Source: a virus (lineage: Duplodnaviria > Heunggongvirae > Uroviricota > Caudoviricetes). From it: a stretch of DNA of 45,691 nt. The notes beneath the pieces are model-generated. The model was not told the DNA's origin and did not search any database. It worked only from the letters and a program-made list of their open reading frames with translations. The DNA lies in IMG/VR virus record IMGVR_UViG_3300046474_000237, positions 71,469 to 117,159 of that record; one strand, 5' to 3'. Position numbers and translations under genes: made by a program. Below, piece after piece: positions 37,982 through 45,603 of this stretch (position 1 is its first letter; every line of letters begins with the position of its first letter).

Positions 37982-38101
37982 ATGAGCGATACAACTGAAC
38001 TCTGGTTGTTGTATGTGTGGAATAAGAACTGGCACATGCAATCTGGCAGTGTTATGGAATGCTCGTATGCTGAGTGGCTCGAAATCATGGGGTACAAATG
38101 A
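37982..38101 (+). CDS. small unannotated ORF (39 aa, MSDTTELWLLYVW...)
   Basis: Translated by hand. Preceded by GAGAG, and its stop overlaps the next ATG (ATGA at 38098). Confidence 0.45.
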   Translation: MSDTTELWLLYVWNKNWHMQSGSVMECSYAEWLEIMGYK

Positions 38102-38367
38102 AAGACCATGAAATTCGTGAATTAGTTTCCCAGTTGACGGAAGTAGCCGAGCAATACGGTCAGACACAACAATTGCGGGAACGTATCCGTGGAGTAGTGT
38201 TCCCATTTGTAGGAAAACTTCAAGACAGGGATACTCGTAGAGTGTCAATGAAGGAAGGCTTCGACGCTCAGCGTCAAGCAGGGATTAACGTTGATTGGTT
38301 TACTTGGCAAATAGCTTGGCAGGATGCGCTTATTGTTAGGGAGTCTGAAAAATTCACTTCAACATGA
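38098..38367 (+). CDS. hypothetical protein (probable start MKDHEIRELV)
   Basis: Part of the 38074-38367 ORF, coupled by ATGA overlaps at both ends. Confidence 0.6.
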   Translation: MKDHEIRELVSQLTEVAEQYGQTQQLRERIRGVVFPFVGKLQDRDTRRVSMKEGFDAQRQAGINVDWFTWQIAWQDALIVRESEKFTST

Positions 38368-38468
38368 CTGAATGGTTCCTATATTTTCTGTCGTGCAAAG
38401 GTACTAAACGCGCTTTCAGAAATTACGAACACTTTCTTGAATGGTTAGCAGAGGCTAACAATGACTGA
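38364..38468 (+). CDS. small unannotated ORF (34 aa, MTEWFLYFLS...)
   Basis: Translated by hand. ATGA overlap with the upstream stop. Confidence 0.4.
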   Translation: MTEWFLYFLSCKGTKRAFRNYEHFLEWLAEANND

Positions 38469-38486
38469 ACAAAAGGAAGTATTTAA

Positions 38487-38696
38487 ATGATTTGCGTATA
38501 CTGCAAAGAAGATAAAGAGACAAGACCATACGGTCCTAACTTTTCAGCAATCTGTTTCAGATGTATGATGGCTACGCCTGAACGAGAGGCTGAAGCTTCC
38601 AAGAATTATCTTGCTCAACTCGATGCTTGTGGCGGTGTAGCCATCATCGGAGAAGAGACTGGACCTCGTCCTTTAAATACCGATTCTTTGGTATAA
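38487..38696 (+). CDS. small Zn-ribbon protein
   Basis: CVYC-x16-CFRC in a 69-aa ORF, with AAGGA upstream. Confidence 0.6.
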   Translation: MICVYCKEDKETRPYGPNFSAICFRCMMATPEREAEASKNYLAQLDACGGVAIIGEETGPRPLNTDSLV

Positions 38697-38697
38697 G
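38687..38697 (+). promoter_or_regulatory. promoter motif TTTGGTATAAG upstream of E1
   Basis: Exact copy of the recurring motif, 76 nt before the E1 start. SD CAGGAG follows. Confidence 0.7.
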
Positions 38698-38773
38698 AAT
38701 ATTGAACGGACCAACACGTCCTTAAACAAGGTCATTGCGCCTATATGTTGTCTAACCTCAGGAGTTAATTTTT

Positions 38774-40039
38774 ATGTTTACTTTCCGTCCTTCCTCGATT
38801 CCCTCGAACATTTTCGTAGTTGGCTGTGGAGGAACTGGTTCACGACTCGTACCGGCATTGATTCAGTTCATTCGTTCAATCACGAAAGAACACGTGCCCT
38901 CTGGCTGGCTTGGAACTACGAACATCGTCCTGGTTGACGGTGACGTAGTGGAACAGAAGAATCTGATTCGTCAGAACTTCGTTCAGAGCGATGTGGGTAA
39001 GAACAAGGCCTTGGTTCTGGCAAATCGGTATGGTAAGGCGTATGGGATGAATGTTGTTCCGTACATGAAGTACATCGAAGAAGGTACGAATCCGCAGAAC
39101 TTCCGTAGTCTTCTAAATGAAGCCACTGGTCTTAATTTGACCAATAACTACAACGACATGGTAATCATGTGCGTTGATAGTGCCAAGGCTCGTCGTATTG
39201 TTATTCAGGCACTGCAGGGCGTATACGGGGAGAATACTGTATTTATCGATGCTGGTAACGAAGATAGTTTCGGTCAGGTTCGCATGTTCCACAATGCAGT
39301 TCTTGTGGACCATAGGTTCCAGAATGAAGAGGTGGCTCGTAAAAAATACAAAAATCCGGAACGCATTGAGTTTGTACCTGAGCCTTTGAATTTCATTCCG
39401 TTCGATTTTCATTTTTATCGTGATTTGGAAGATAACCCTGGACTCGGTAGTTGCGCAGATCTAGATCAGACGTTGGCTATCAATTCTTTGATGGCAATGT
39501 ACATTCTGTCTTTTGTTCAGAACCATTACTATAACAAGGTTATCGACTACAACGCAGTATCAATCGATATCGTTAAAGGCTCTACAGCCTATACGAAAAA
39601 CACTGTTGTAGAGTATCGTAATAAAATGATTCACAGCGGTACCACCATTCGAAGTATTGGAGTAGATGACGGAATGCTCCTTCATGTGCAGCAGAGCGCT
39701 GGAGATGATGATTTACTAGGTCAGTTCCTTCATCAAAATACTGAAGCTGTTAATGCTCTCCTCGCTGCTCAAACTGTCGGTGCCCCGGTAGTTGAAGAAG
39801 TTAAGGCAGCAGCTCCGAAGAAGAAAACGAAGGTGAAGGAACTACGTCCAGTGATTCAAGTTGAGCCGATGAATGTAGAGATTTCCACGATTACATTCAA
39901 CGCTGAACCGTTGGTCGGTGAAGCAAGTGGTCCTGCGTTGGTTGACTTTGAAGCTGAAGCTAACAACGACACGTTTGCACTTCCTGAATCAGTACCTCCT
40001 GCGACGGGTAGCGTCTGGGACAATGTAGATCAATTCTAA
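38774..40039 (+). CDS. ThiF/E1-like Ubl-activating enzyme (PRTRC ThiF-like)
   Basis: IFVVGCGGTGS, LVDGDVVEQKNLIRQNF, GKNKA, CVDSAKAR and DAGNE. Candidate catalytic Cys in LGSCADLDQTLAIN. No CxxC Zn pairs. Confidence 0.9.
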   Translation: MFTFRPSSIPSNIFVVGCGGTGSRLVPALIQFIRSITKEHVPSGWLGTTNIVLVDGDVVEQKNLIRQNFVQSDVGKNKALVLANRYGKAYGMNVVPYMKYIEEGTNPQNFRSLLNEATGLNLTNNYNDMVIMCVDSAKARRIVIQALQGVYGENTVFIDAGNEDSFGQVRMFHNAVLVDHRFQNEEVARKKYKNPERIEFVPEPLNFIPFDFHFYRDLEDNPGLGSCADLDQTLAINSLMAMYILSFVQNHYYNKVIDYNAVSIDIVKGSTAYTKNTVVEYRNKMIHSGTTIRSIGVDDGMLLHVQQSAGDDDLLGQFLHQNTEAVNALLAAQTVGAPVVEEVKAAAPKKKTKVKELRPVIQVEPMNVEISTITFNAEPLVGEASGPALVDFEAEANNDTFALPESVPPATGSVWDNVDQF

Positions 40040-40044
40040 GTAGG

Positions 40045-40080
40045 AAAGAAAAAGCCCCTGTTTTACGAGGGGCTTTTTTT
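40045..40080. terminator. bidirectional intrinsic terminator
   Basis: AAAAAGCCCCT-gttttacg-AGGGGCTTTTTTT between convergent blocks. Confidence 0.85.
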
Positions 40081-40181
40081 AGCTTAGTTAAACAAGGGCT
40101 CACAAAAGTTCTCACGACTGTAGGTATAAAGTTTAGATTACAGTAGTTGAGCCTAATATTGCACTGCCTTGCCTAAGCTAA

Positions 40182-40784
40182 TTAATCTGGCATATTTGGC
40201 CAGAATCTATTTCCTTTAGAAATGTTCTCTGTAGCAGTTAGTATTTGTAAATTGAACTGATTATGTAGCCCGCAGACTAATTCATTCTGCAATGGAACTA
40301 TATGATCTACGTGGTGTGTAATACCAGTTTTTTCAGAAAGTTTAATAGACTCTGCATAGAATAACTTCATAGCTTCTAAATCTGCCCAAACTGGAGTAGC
40401 TTGCAATTTGGCCGCTCGTCTATTTGAATTTTTGAAGTAAACTTTATCTAGGTTCTGTTTTTGCCAATTCCTAGAATAGGCCCTACATAGATCAGGATTA
40501 GCTGCGTAAAAAGCTCTACGTCTAGCTCGTTCTGTTTCGAGATTGTTTAAATAATATTGACTATTGTACTTGATAATCTTATCAGTATTTTTATCTTTAT
40601 AAGATTTACATTGTAAACGTTCTTTTTCTCTAACTTCAGGATTTTGCCTACGTTCTTTTTTACAAGCCTCGCAATATCCGTTATTTACAAATCGTTTTGA
40701 GAAATGTCCGTTTTTGCAAGGCTTTCCAGTAAAGTACTTTATTAAGCCGTTTGTCTTAGCTTCGATTCTAGAAATTACATTCAC
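40182..40784 (-). CDS. HNH endonuclease
   Basis: N-terminal YFTGKPCKNGH...C..C, and C-terminal HHVDHIVPL....VCGLH...NLQIL...EN..K.N. Confidence 0.88.
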   Translation of the reverse strand: MNVISRIEAKTNGLIKYFTGKPCKNGHFSKRFVNNGYCEACKKERRQNPEVREKERLQCKSYKDKNTDKIIKYNSQYYLNNLETERARRRAFYAANPDLCRAYSRNWQKQNLDKVYFKNSNRRAAKLQATPVWADLEAMKLFYAESIKLSEKTGITHHVDHIVPLQNELVCGLHNQFNLQILTATENISKGNRFWPNMPD

Positions 40785-40791
40785 AGCGTTA

Positions 40792-41199
40792 TTACGAAAT
40801 ACGTTCTCTGCTTGAAGTTGTTAGATTATCCACCACTGTGAATTGCGCAAGTGTGGTGCCATCCTGTCTAAGCATAATCAATGTACCAGCGGTCTTATCC
40901 CATGACCAAGAACCAATAGCTTCATCTTGAATATTTTTGGTAATAGTATAGAGTGACTGGGTTACTACGTTTACAACGCCTTGAAGTTGACCGAATGCGT
41001 AAAGGATATAAGTACCTGTTACTGTCGGAGTAAAAGTCATCTTGTAAAGAGGACCTGAGACTGGTGCAAACGTAACCGGAAGAACGCTAACAGCACCATT
41101 AAAAAGTAGGATCTGATCAGGCGGGGCTGTAAGGCCAGAACTTGGACCTTGAGCAATAATGCTAACTGGGTTGTTTACTTCGATTTCGATTGAATACAT
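40792..41199 (-). CDS. hypothetical virion protein (Ig-like)
   Basis: Beta-rich 135 aa, with GLYKMTFTP..TGTY-type motif. Confidence 0.55.
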   Translation of the reverse strand: MYSIEIEVNNPVSIIAQGPSSGLTAPPDQILLFNGAVSVLPVTFAPVSGPLYKMTFTPTVTGTYILYAFGQLQGVVNVVTQSLYTITKNIQDEAIGSWSWDKTAGTLIMLRQDGTTLAQFTVVDNLTTSSRERIS

Positions 41200-41762
41200 T
41201 AGTCACCGCCCATTTCTTTGATATATCGCCTAATAGCTTTCTTCTTATTTTCTGTATCTTCTGAAGTCTGACCGGCTTCTAGCATTTCTGAAGGAATAAA
41301 ATCAAACGGTGCTACAGGCTCAGAGTAACCTTCTTGGCGTAACATGTATGCAGCTGTAGTTACAAGACCTGTTGCCTCTAGTGGTACATAAATACCATTC
41401 TCTACTAGTACCTTACGTACCTCTGTAATTGCGTATGCAAGTTCTAGAGTTGTAGGAGCAGGTACGAATTCAAAGTCTGCTTCGATGTTGTTAATAACAT
41501 CTGTTGCATATAGAGTAAATGCAGCGTCTTCAAAGAAAAGTTCAGGCTGGCCTTCGATAAGCTGAAGAACACTGATCTTGTCCCGAGTAAGCCCGTCAAG
41601 TACCATTCCTAGAGTAATAGAGATAGTCTCGATTTCGAGTTCTCTCCATTCACCTTTACCGAAGATACGATCCAGAGTGGTCTTAATATGTGAAATTGAA
41701 GCCATCGCCATCCTAGGATCCGGGGCTTTCAATTCAATGCCGATATCTTCTTCTTCAAACAT
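41199..41762 (-). CDS. hypothetical protein
   Basis: Acidic 187-aa ORF coupled to its neighbours. Confidence 0.65.
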   Translation of the reverse strand: MFEEEDIGIELKAPDPRMAMASISHIKTTLDRIFGKGEWRELEIETISITLGMVLDGLTRDKISVLQLIEGQPELFFEDAAFTLYATDVINNIEADFEFVPAPTTLELAYAITEVRKVLVENGIYVPLEATGLVTTAAYMLRQEGYSEPVAPFDFIPSEMLEAGQTSEDTENKKKAIRRYIKEMGGD

Positions 41763-41764
41763 AC

Positions 41765-42652
41765 TTATACGTTGTTAGTTAAATGCAGAGCAACTTTTTG
41801 CAGATCCATCGGCAGTGTCTCAAGTACTTGCTTGAAATGTACTGGGCCGTGATCAAACTCATTGCCAATATCTGCACCCATCATTGATGAGAAATGGCCT
41901 TTGCCGAGCTTTGCAATCTTTTCAAAAGGAACGTCTTTTCCGCAAAGCCTGACATTCAGAGATGATCTGATTGCAGCTTCTTTAGTGAAAATCGTTTCAT
42001 TGTAGAAATTGTAGCCTCTTGTTGTGAGACCCGCTTGCTTATCCATTTCTGAAATTGTATCACAAATGTCGCGGACTGTCTCAGGCTTGATTTGACCAGG
42101 TAGCTTATGGATTGCTGAAGCAAGTTTTACAAAGGATGCATTCTTTGTTTCATAGAAACGATTAGCAAGAGCCTTTACAGCAGCTTCTTTATTCAGATAA
42201 CCATGACCTGAATATCGAATAACAGCGTCGCTAGGTTCAATACCCTTTTCTTTAGCTTCGTCATAAAGCTCGGAAGCTTGCTTTGAAAGTGTACCGTTTA
42301 CACGAAGACCTGAGAGTTCGCCTTCGAAGAAAGCTTGTTTAGTTAGGTAGTCGTCAGTAGCGATTGCAGCAGCAGTGGCTGTACGCTGAGCAGCAGCCTT
42401 AACCATACGGTCAGTAAGAGCTGTGACTTCTGTCTGTACGCCGTAGGCTTCAACAGCTTTTGCAACCTTATCTAGCGCAAAAACGTCTACGGCCTTGTAA
42501 GCGACTTTTTCATGGTACTTCATTTGCAGAGCTGTAGCAATGCAAGAATCCTTGTTGTCAAGGGGCATTTCTTGGTCAACAGAAGCCTGCTTAACGAATG
42601 AAGCTGCTTCTGGCACAAGATCGAGAATTTCTTTAAGTGTGTATGCTAGCAT
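41765..42652 (-). CDS. probable head/internal protein with repeated K-x-A motifs
   Basis: About ten hydrophobic-x-K-x-A motifs in 295 aa. Confidence 0.55.
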   Translation of the reverse strand: MLAYTLKEILDLVPEAASFVKQASVDQEMPLDNKDSCIATALQMKYHEKVAYKAVDVFALDKVAKAVEAYGVQTEVTALTDRMVKAAAQRTATAAAIATDDYLTKQAFFEGELSGLRVNGTLSKQASELYDEAKEKGIEPSDAVIRYSGHGYLNKEAAVKALANRFYETKNASFVKLASAIHKLPGQIKPETVRDICDTISEMDKQAGLTTRGYNFYNETIFTKEAAIRSSLNVRLCGKDVPFEKIAKLGKGHFSSMMGADIGNEFDHGPVHFKQVLETLPMDLQKVALHLTNNV

Positions 42653-42671
42653 AGTGTTTATATCTTAGCTC

Positions 42672-43283
42672 TTATACGAACTTAGGTTTCTTAAGAACAT
42701 GTTCATTATAACGTTCTGTGAAGCCGCCAGTTGCGTCATCCATCTGAGTTTCAAGCTTACCTTCGATTCTGCCTTGAATCTTTTCAAGAATTTTATTCTT
42801 AAACTCTTCATCGCCTTTGACTCCATTGGCTACCAATACCCCAAAAGCATTTCGATCAGTAGGGTTATTGATAGTTCTCTGAAGTTCGGCTCCGATAAAC
42901 TTGCGATTCTGAGTCTTTTGATAGGTCTCAAACAGTTTGCCTGCGAAACCACCAATTGCTCCGATAACAGCTCCGTTAACGTATGCTGCAGGAGGTACCA
43001 CTCCACCTTGGTATGCCTTTGATGCGCCGTATGCAGTTAGGGCACCGGCTAGTCCGCCCATAAGGCCAAACTTACCACCTTCCCTAAAAACCTTCTTAAT
43101 GTCTTGTTTAGTAATCCCCTGCGGGGTTCCTGCAAGAATTCTGTCTGCGTAAGTTTTAATAGCAATAAGCTGAGAATCCCTGGAGAGAGACTTGAAGTGA
43201 GGGTCATCCAGAATCTTGTGAAGGTCGAGGCCTTTACGCTTATAGAAGTCTAGAAGATTTAAAACAATTTCTGTTTCATTCAT
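42672..43283 (-). CDS. glycine-zipper membrane/virion protein
   Basis: GLMGGLAGAL and GAVIGAIGG hydrophobic GxxxG segments. Confidence 0.6.
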   Translation of the reverse strand: MNETEIVLNLLDFYKRKGLDLHKILDDPHFKSLSRDSQLIAIKTYADRILAGTPQGITKQDIKKVFREGGKFGLMGGLAGALTAYGASKAYQGGVVPPAAYVNGAVIGAIGGFAGKLFETYQKTQNRKFIGAELQRTINNPTDRNAFGVLVANGVKGDEEFKNKILEKIQGRIEGKLETQMDDATGGFTERYNEHVLKKPKFV

Positions 43284-43315
43284 GGTTTGTATGGGATCCG
43301 TTTTACTCAGATATT

Positions 43316-43960
43316 TTAAGCGGCTAATGCTTCTAGCTGTAAGGCTTGAGCCTTGATTTCTAACGTCTTTTCTAAAAGTTTTGTTAGGTTGTGTGTCAAG
43401 CCGGGAGTAGTGCTGGGATTGATTGTAAACTGGGTCTTCAGAAGGTCATAGCTTTCATCAGCGCTTGGAATGAATCTATTCTCAAGAAACACAAAGTCCC
43501 ACTCTCCACTTACAGCAAAACAGCATACGGCCAGAATGTCGAACTGACCACGAGTTAGCTTGGTAGTTTGAAAGGTTCCAATACCTTCTACTGTAACTTC
43601 TCTTTTGTCAGTGTTCTTAACGAGAACTGAACCTTGCCAATTCTGTGTAAGTACATCTTCTCTAACCGATGAGGTTGTGACCGACTTACATTCTATAGTC
43701 ATCGGTACACCTTTGTACACGACCTTGAAGTCACCTTTCTCAGCATCACGGTCAGGGATCTTGGTCACAGAAGTTACTCCTGGAATCTCCAAGATCTGTT
43801 TCTTCAATGCACGTTCCGCAAGGTAGCCTTGCAAGAATCCCCGGAGAGAAGAGTTCTCATCAATCATCTCTTGGATGTCGGTCATTGAGAACCCTGAAAG
43901 AATAGAAGCCTCGTTCATAGCGTTTTCTTTATATTTGGTTATCATTCGATTCTCTATCAC
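43316..43960 (-). CDS. PD-(D/E)xK restriction-endonuclease-like nuclease
   Basis: QGYLAE helix, then PDRD..KGDF and TIECKS (D...ExK), and FDILAVC. Confidence 0.7.
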   Translation of the reverse strand: MIENRMITKYKENAMNEASILSGFSMTDIQEMIDENSSLRGFLQGYLAERALKKQILEIPGVTSVTKIPDRDAEKGDFKVVYKGVPMTIECKSVTTSSVREDVLTQNWQGSVLVKNTDKREVTVEGIGTFQTTKLTRGQFDILAVCCFAVSGEWDFVFLENRFIPSADESYDLLKTQFTINPSTTPGLTHNLTKLLEKTLEIKAQALQLEALAA

Positions 43961-44150
43961 TCGGTCTCTTCTGTCAACGATTTTACGTTAAAAGATTCAG
44001 ACCTTATTAGAGCCGTTTTAAGCCCTTTCTAGAGTCATCGGCTACTCGGCTACCTATCTACCCCTCCCAGAGGCTCCTAGAGGCTGTAATCCAATCCTAG
44101 GGTTAGTATGACCTCTAGCAAGGCTTCGCTAAAACATCGCCAAAAGACAC

Positions 44151-44724
44151 GTGTCCAGTTTTGTCCAAAAGTGTCCAGTTTCTTCAAAAGGCTGAGATCC
44201 TTACTGGGTAAGGCTTTGCGGGCGGTGTGTCCAGTCTGTCCAATTTTCAAATAAAAAACTGGACAGGCTCAAACCCATACGGAATAAGGCTCACAGCGAT
44301 TTTGTCCAGTTTTTTTGAAGATTTTGGAAAAACCATACCTCACTTCCTTTTACAAATAAAAAATAAGCAAAATAGAAAACACATTCTCTTATATATAAAT
44401 ATATTTTTTAAAAGTTCAAATATAAATATATATATAGTACCCCCATATTTCTGGACTGTTAGGGTGAACCCTAAGTTTTTCCTTTTTTGTTTTTTATTTA
44501 GTCAAAAAGAAAGTGAGGTATGGTTTTTGGAAAAAAGGCGAAAAAACTGGACAAATCCCCTCAAAGCCTTACTGGGCTTGGGTTTCAGCTGTCCAGTTTT
44601 TTTTAGAGAAATTGGACACACTGGACACGTCGGCCGCAAACCCTTACTGGGCTTGGGTTTCAGGTTTTCGAAGAAACTGGACACTTTTGGACAAAACTGG
44701 ACACTTTTGGACAAAACTGGACAC
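44151..44724. repeat. large imperfect inverted repeat with TGTCCA iterons flanking an AT-rich core (probable replication origin)
   Basis: Left arm 44151-44347 aligns to the reverse complement of right arm 44509-44724. Tandem GTGTCCAGTTTTGTCCAAAA units, with a central AT-rich tract around 44350-44435. Confidence 0.85.
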
Positions 44725-44742
44725 ATGGATCTGAAAGTCCAG

Positions 44743-44755
44743 TTTTTGGTATAAG
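44743..44755 (+). promoter_or_regulatory. promoter motif TTTTTGGTATAAG
   Basis: Recurring motif, 52 nt before the 44808 ORF. Confidence 0.7.
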
Positions 44756-44807
44756 AAGAATAGTAACACCCCGTAGTTCCCTTCAACCAACCCGGTAAAA
44801 AAACTAT

Positions 44808-45146
44808 ATGGAAACAAAGTTGGAAGACCAATTGCAGGTAATCAGGGTTGATCACCACTTCGAACTCGTAACTATCTTTGACGGACTCATCCAGAATGTA
44901 CTTGGAGGACCTCCGGAAGATACTACGCTCGTACAGTGGGAAACCAGTAAACACTTCTATCTTTCTAGGGTCTCCTCTTGGTTCGACCGTCTACCTGAGA
45001 TAGGCTACTTCGTATTCGAAGGAAGAGATTTTACCTTTGGCCCTGGATCAGATGATGCAGACTACATCGAAGATTACGGAAGAGTAGTCACAGAAGCATA
45101 TAACTGGCTGACATCAGAACTCAAATTACGAGGCTGGTTGGAGTAA
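44808..45146 (+). CDS. hypothetical protein
   Basis: 112-aa ORF framed by the promoter motif and a terminator. Confidence 0.7.
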   Translation: METKLEDQLQVIRVDHHFELVTIFDGLIQNVLGGPPEDTTLVQWETSKHFYLSRVSSWFDRLPEIGYFVFEGRDFTFGPGSDDADYIEDYGRVVTEAYNWLTSELKLRGWLE

Positions 45147-45151
45147 CTTAG

Positions 45152-45172
45152 CGGGGCCTTGAGCCCCGTTTT
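45152..45172 (+). terminator. intrinsic terminator
   Basis: CGGGGC-cttga-GCCCCG followed by TTTT. Confidence 0.7.
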
Positions 45173-45190
45173 ACATTTTGAATATACAAG

Positions 45191-45200
45191 TTGGTATAAG
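45191..45200 (+). promoter_or_regulatory. promoter motif TTGGTATAAG
   Basis: Recurring motif, 45 nt before the 45246 ORF. AAGGA SD follows. Confidence 0.7.
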
Positions 45201-45245
45201 TAAAGTACGAATAACCATAATCTTTTTTTAAGGACCTATAAGACC

Positions 45246-45536
45246 ATGTTCAAGCCTGTACTGATCAAAGATGACGATACCAAAACTCACCGTGTTGAGT
45301 TCCAAATCATTCCCGAAAAGATGCCACGACAGCCGCAACCAATAGAACTGCCTAACTGGCTTGTCGAGCAGATACTCCATGTTTGGAAATTGGAGTACAG
45401 AGACAGCCAAGCTCCTGACAGGGTGCGAGCCATCAAGCTCCTTCGTGAAGTTAAAGGTATTGGGCTCAAAGAAGCCAAGGATGCTATGGACGCACTGTGG
45501 GAAGTTCACATGCGATGCACGGGCTTTGCGGTGTAG
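45246..45536 (+). CDS. protein with a ribosomal bL12 (L7/L12) C-terminal-like domain
   Basis: RVRAIKLLREVKGIGLKEAKDAMD matches the K..VIK.VR..TGLGLKEAK..VE helix-turn of bL12. Confidence 0.7.
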   Translation: MFKPVLIKDDDTKTHRVEFQIIPEKMPRQPQPIELPNWLVEQILHVWKLEYRDSQAPDRVRAIKLLREVKGIGLKEAKDAMDALWEVHMRCTGFAV

Positions 45537-45546
45537 TAGTAAAGAA

Positions 45547-45571
45547 ACGAGGCCGGTAAAGCCTTGTTTTT
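45547..45571 (+). terminator. intrinsic terminator
   Basis: ACGAGGC-cggtaaa-GCCTTGT followed by TTTT. Confidence 0.6.
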
Positions 45572-45591
45572 AGCCTCAACAAAATCTAGAC

Positions 45592-45603
45592 TTTTGGTAT
45601 AAG
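45592..45603 (+). promoter_or_regulatory. promoter motif TTTTGGTATAAG
   Basis: Recurring motif upstream of an ATG at 45686 with SD CAGGAG. That gene runs off the window. Confidence 0.7.

Noticed and set aside
38774-40039. ThiF/MoeB as a thiamine or molybdopterin biosynthesis gene
   Set aside because: There is no ThiS/MoaD (GG-ending) carrier and no pathway genes. The neighbours are E2, JAB and a GTKG-ending Ubl, and the CxxC Zn motifs of MoeB/ThiF are absent.
40121-40130. TAGGTATAAA as another plus-strand promoter
   Set aside because: It deviates from the consensus and no plus-strand ORF follows. It could only drive antisense RNA to the HNH gene, which I cannot support.
44151-44724. CRISPR array or real ORFs (44227-44754, 44502-44954, 44513-44734) in the repeat region
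   Set aside because: The repeats are abutting or inverted, with no unique equal-length spacers and no cas genes. The ORFs are low-complexity translations of the repeats.
408-45573. Numerous short overlapping or antisense ORFs in the track (e.g. 408-692, 1708-2079, 31694-32146, 35686-36198, 37931-38248, 45228-45509)
   Set aside because: They lie inside better-supported genes on the other strand or frame, and have no motifs or RBS.
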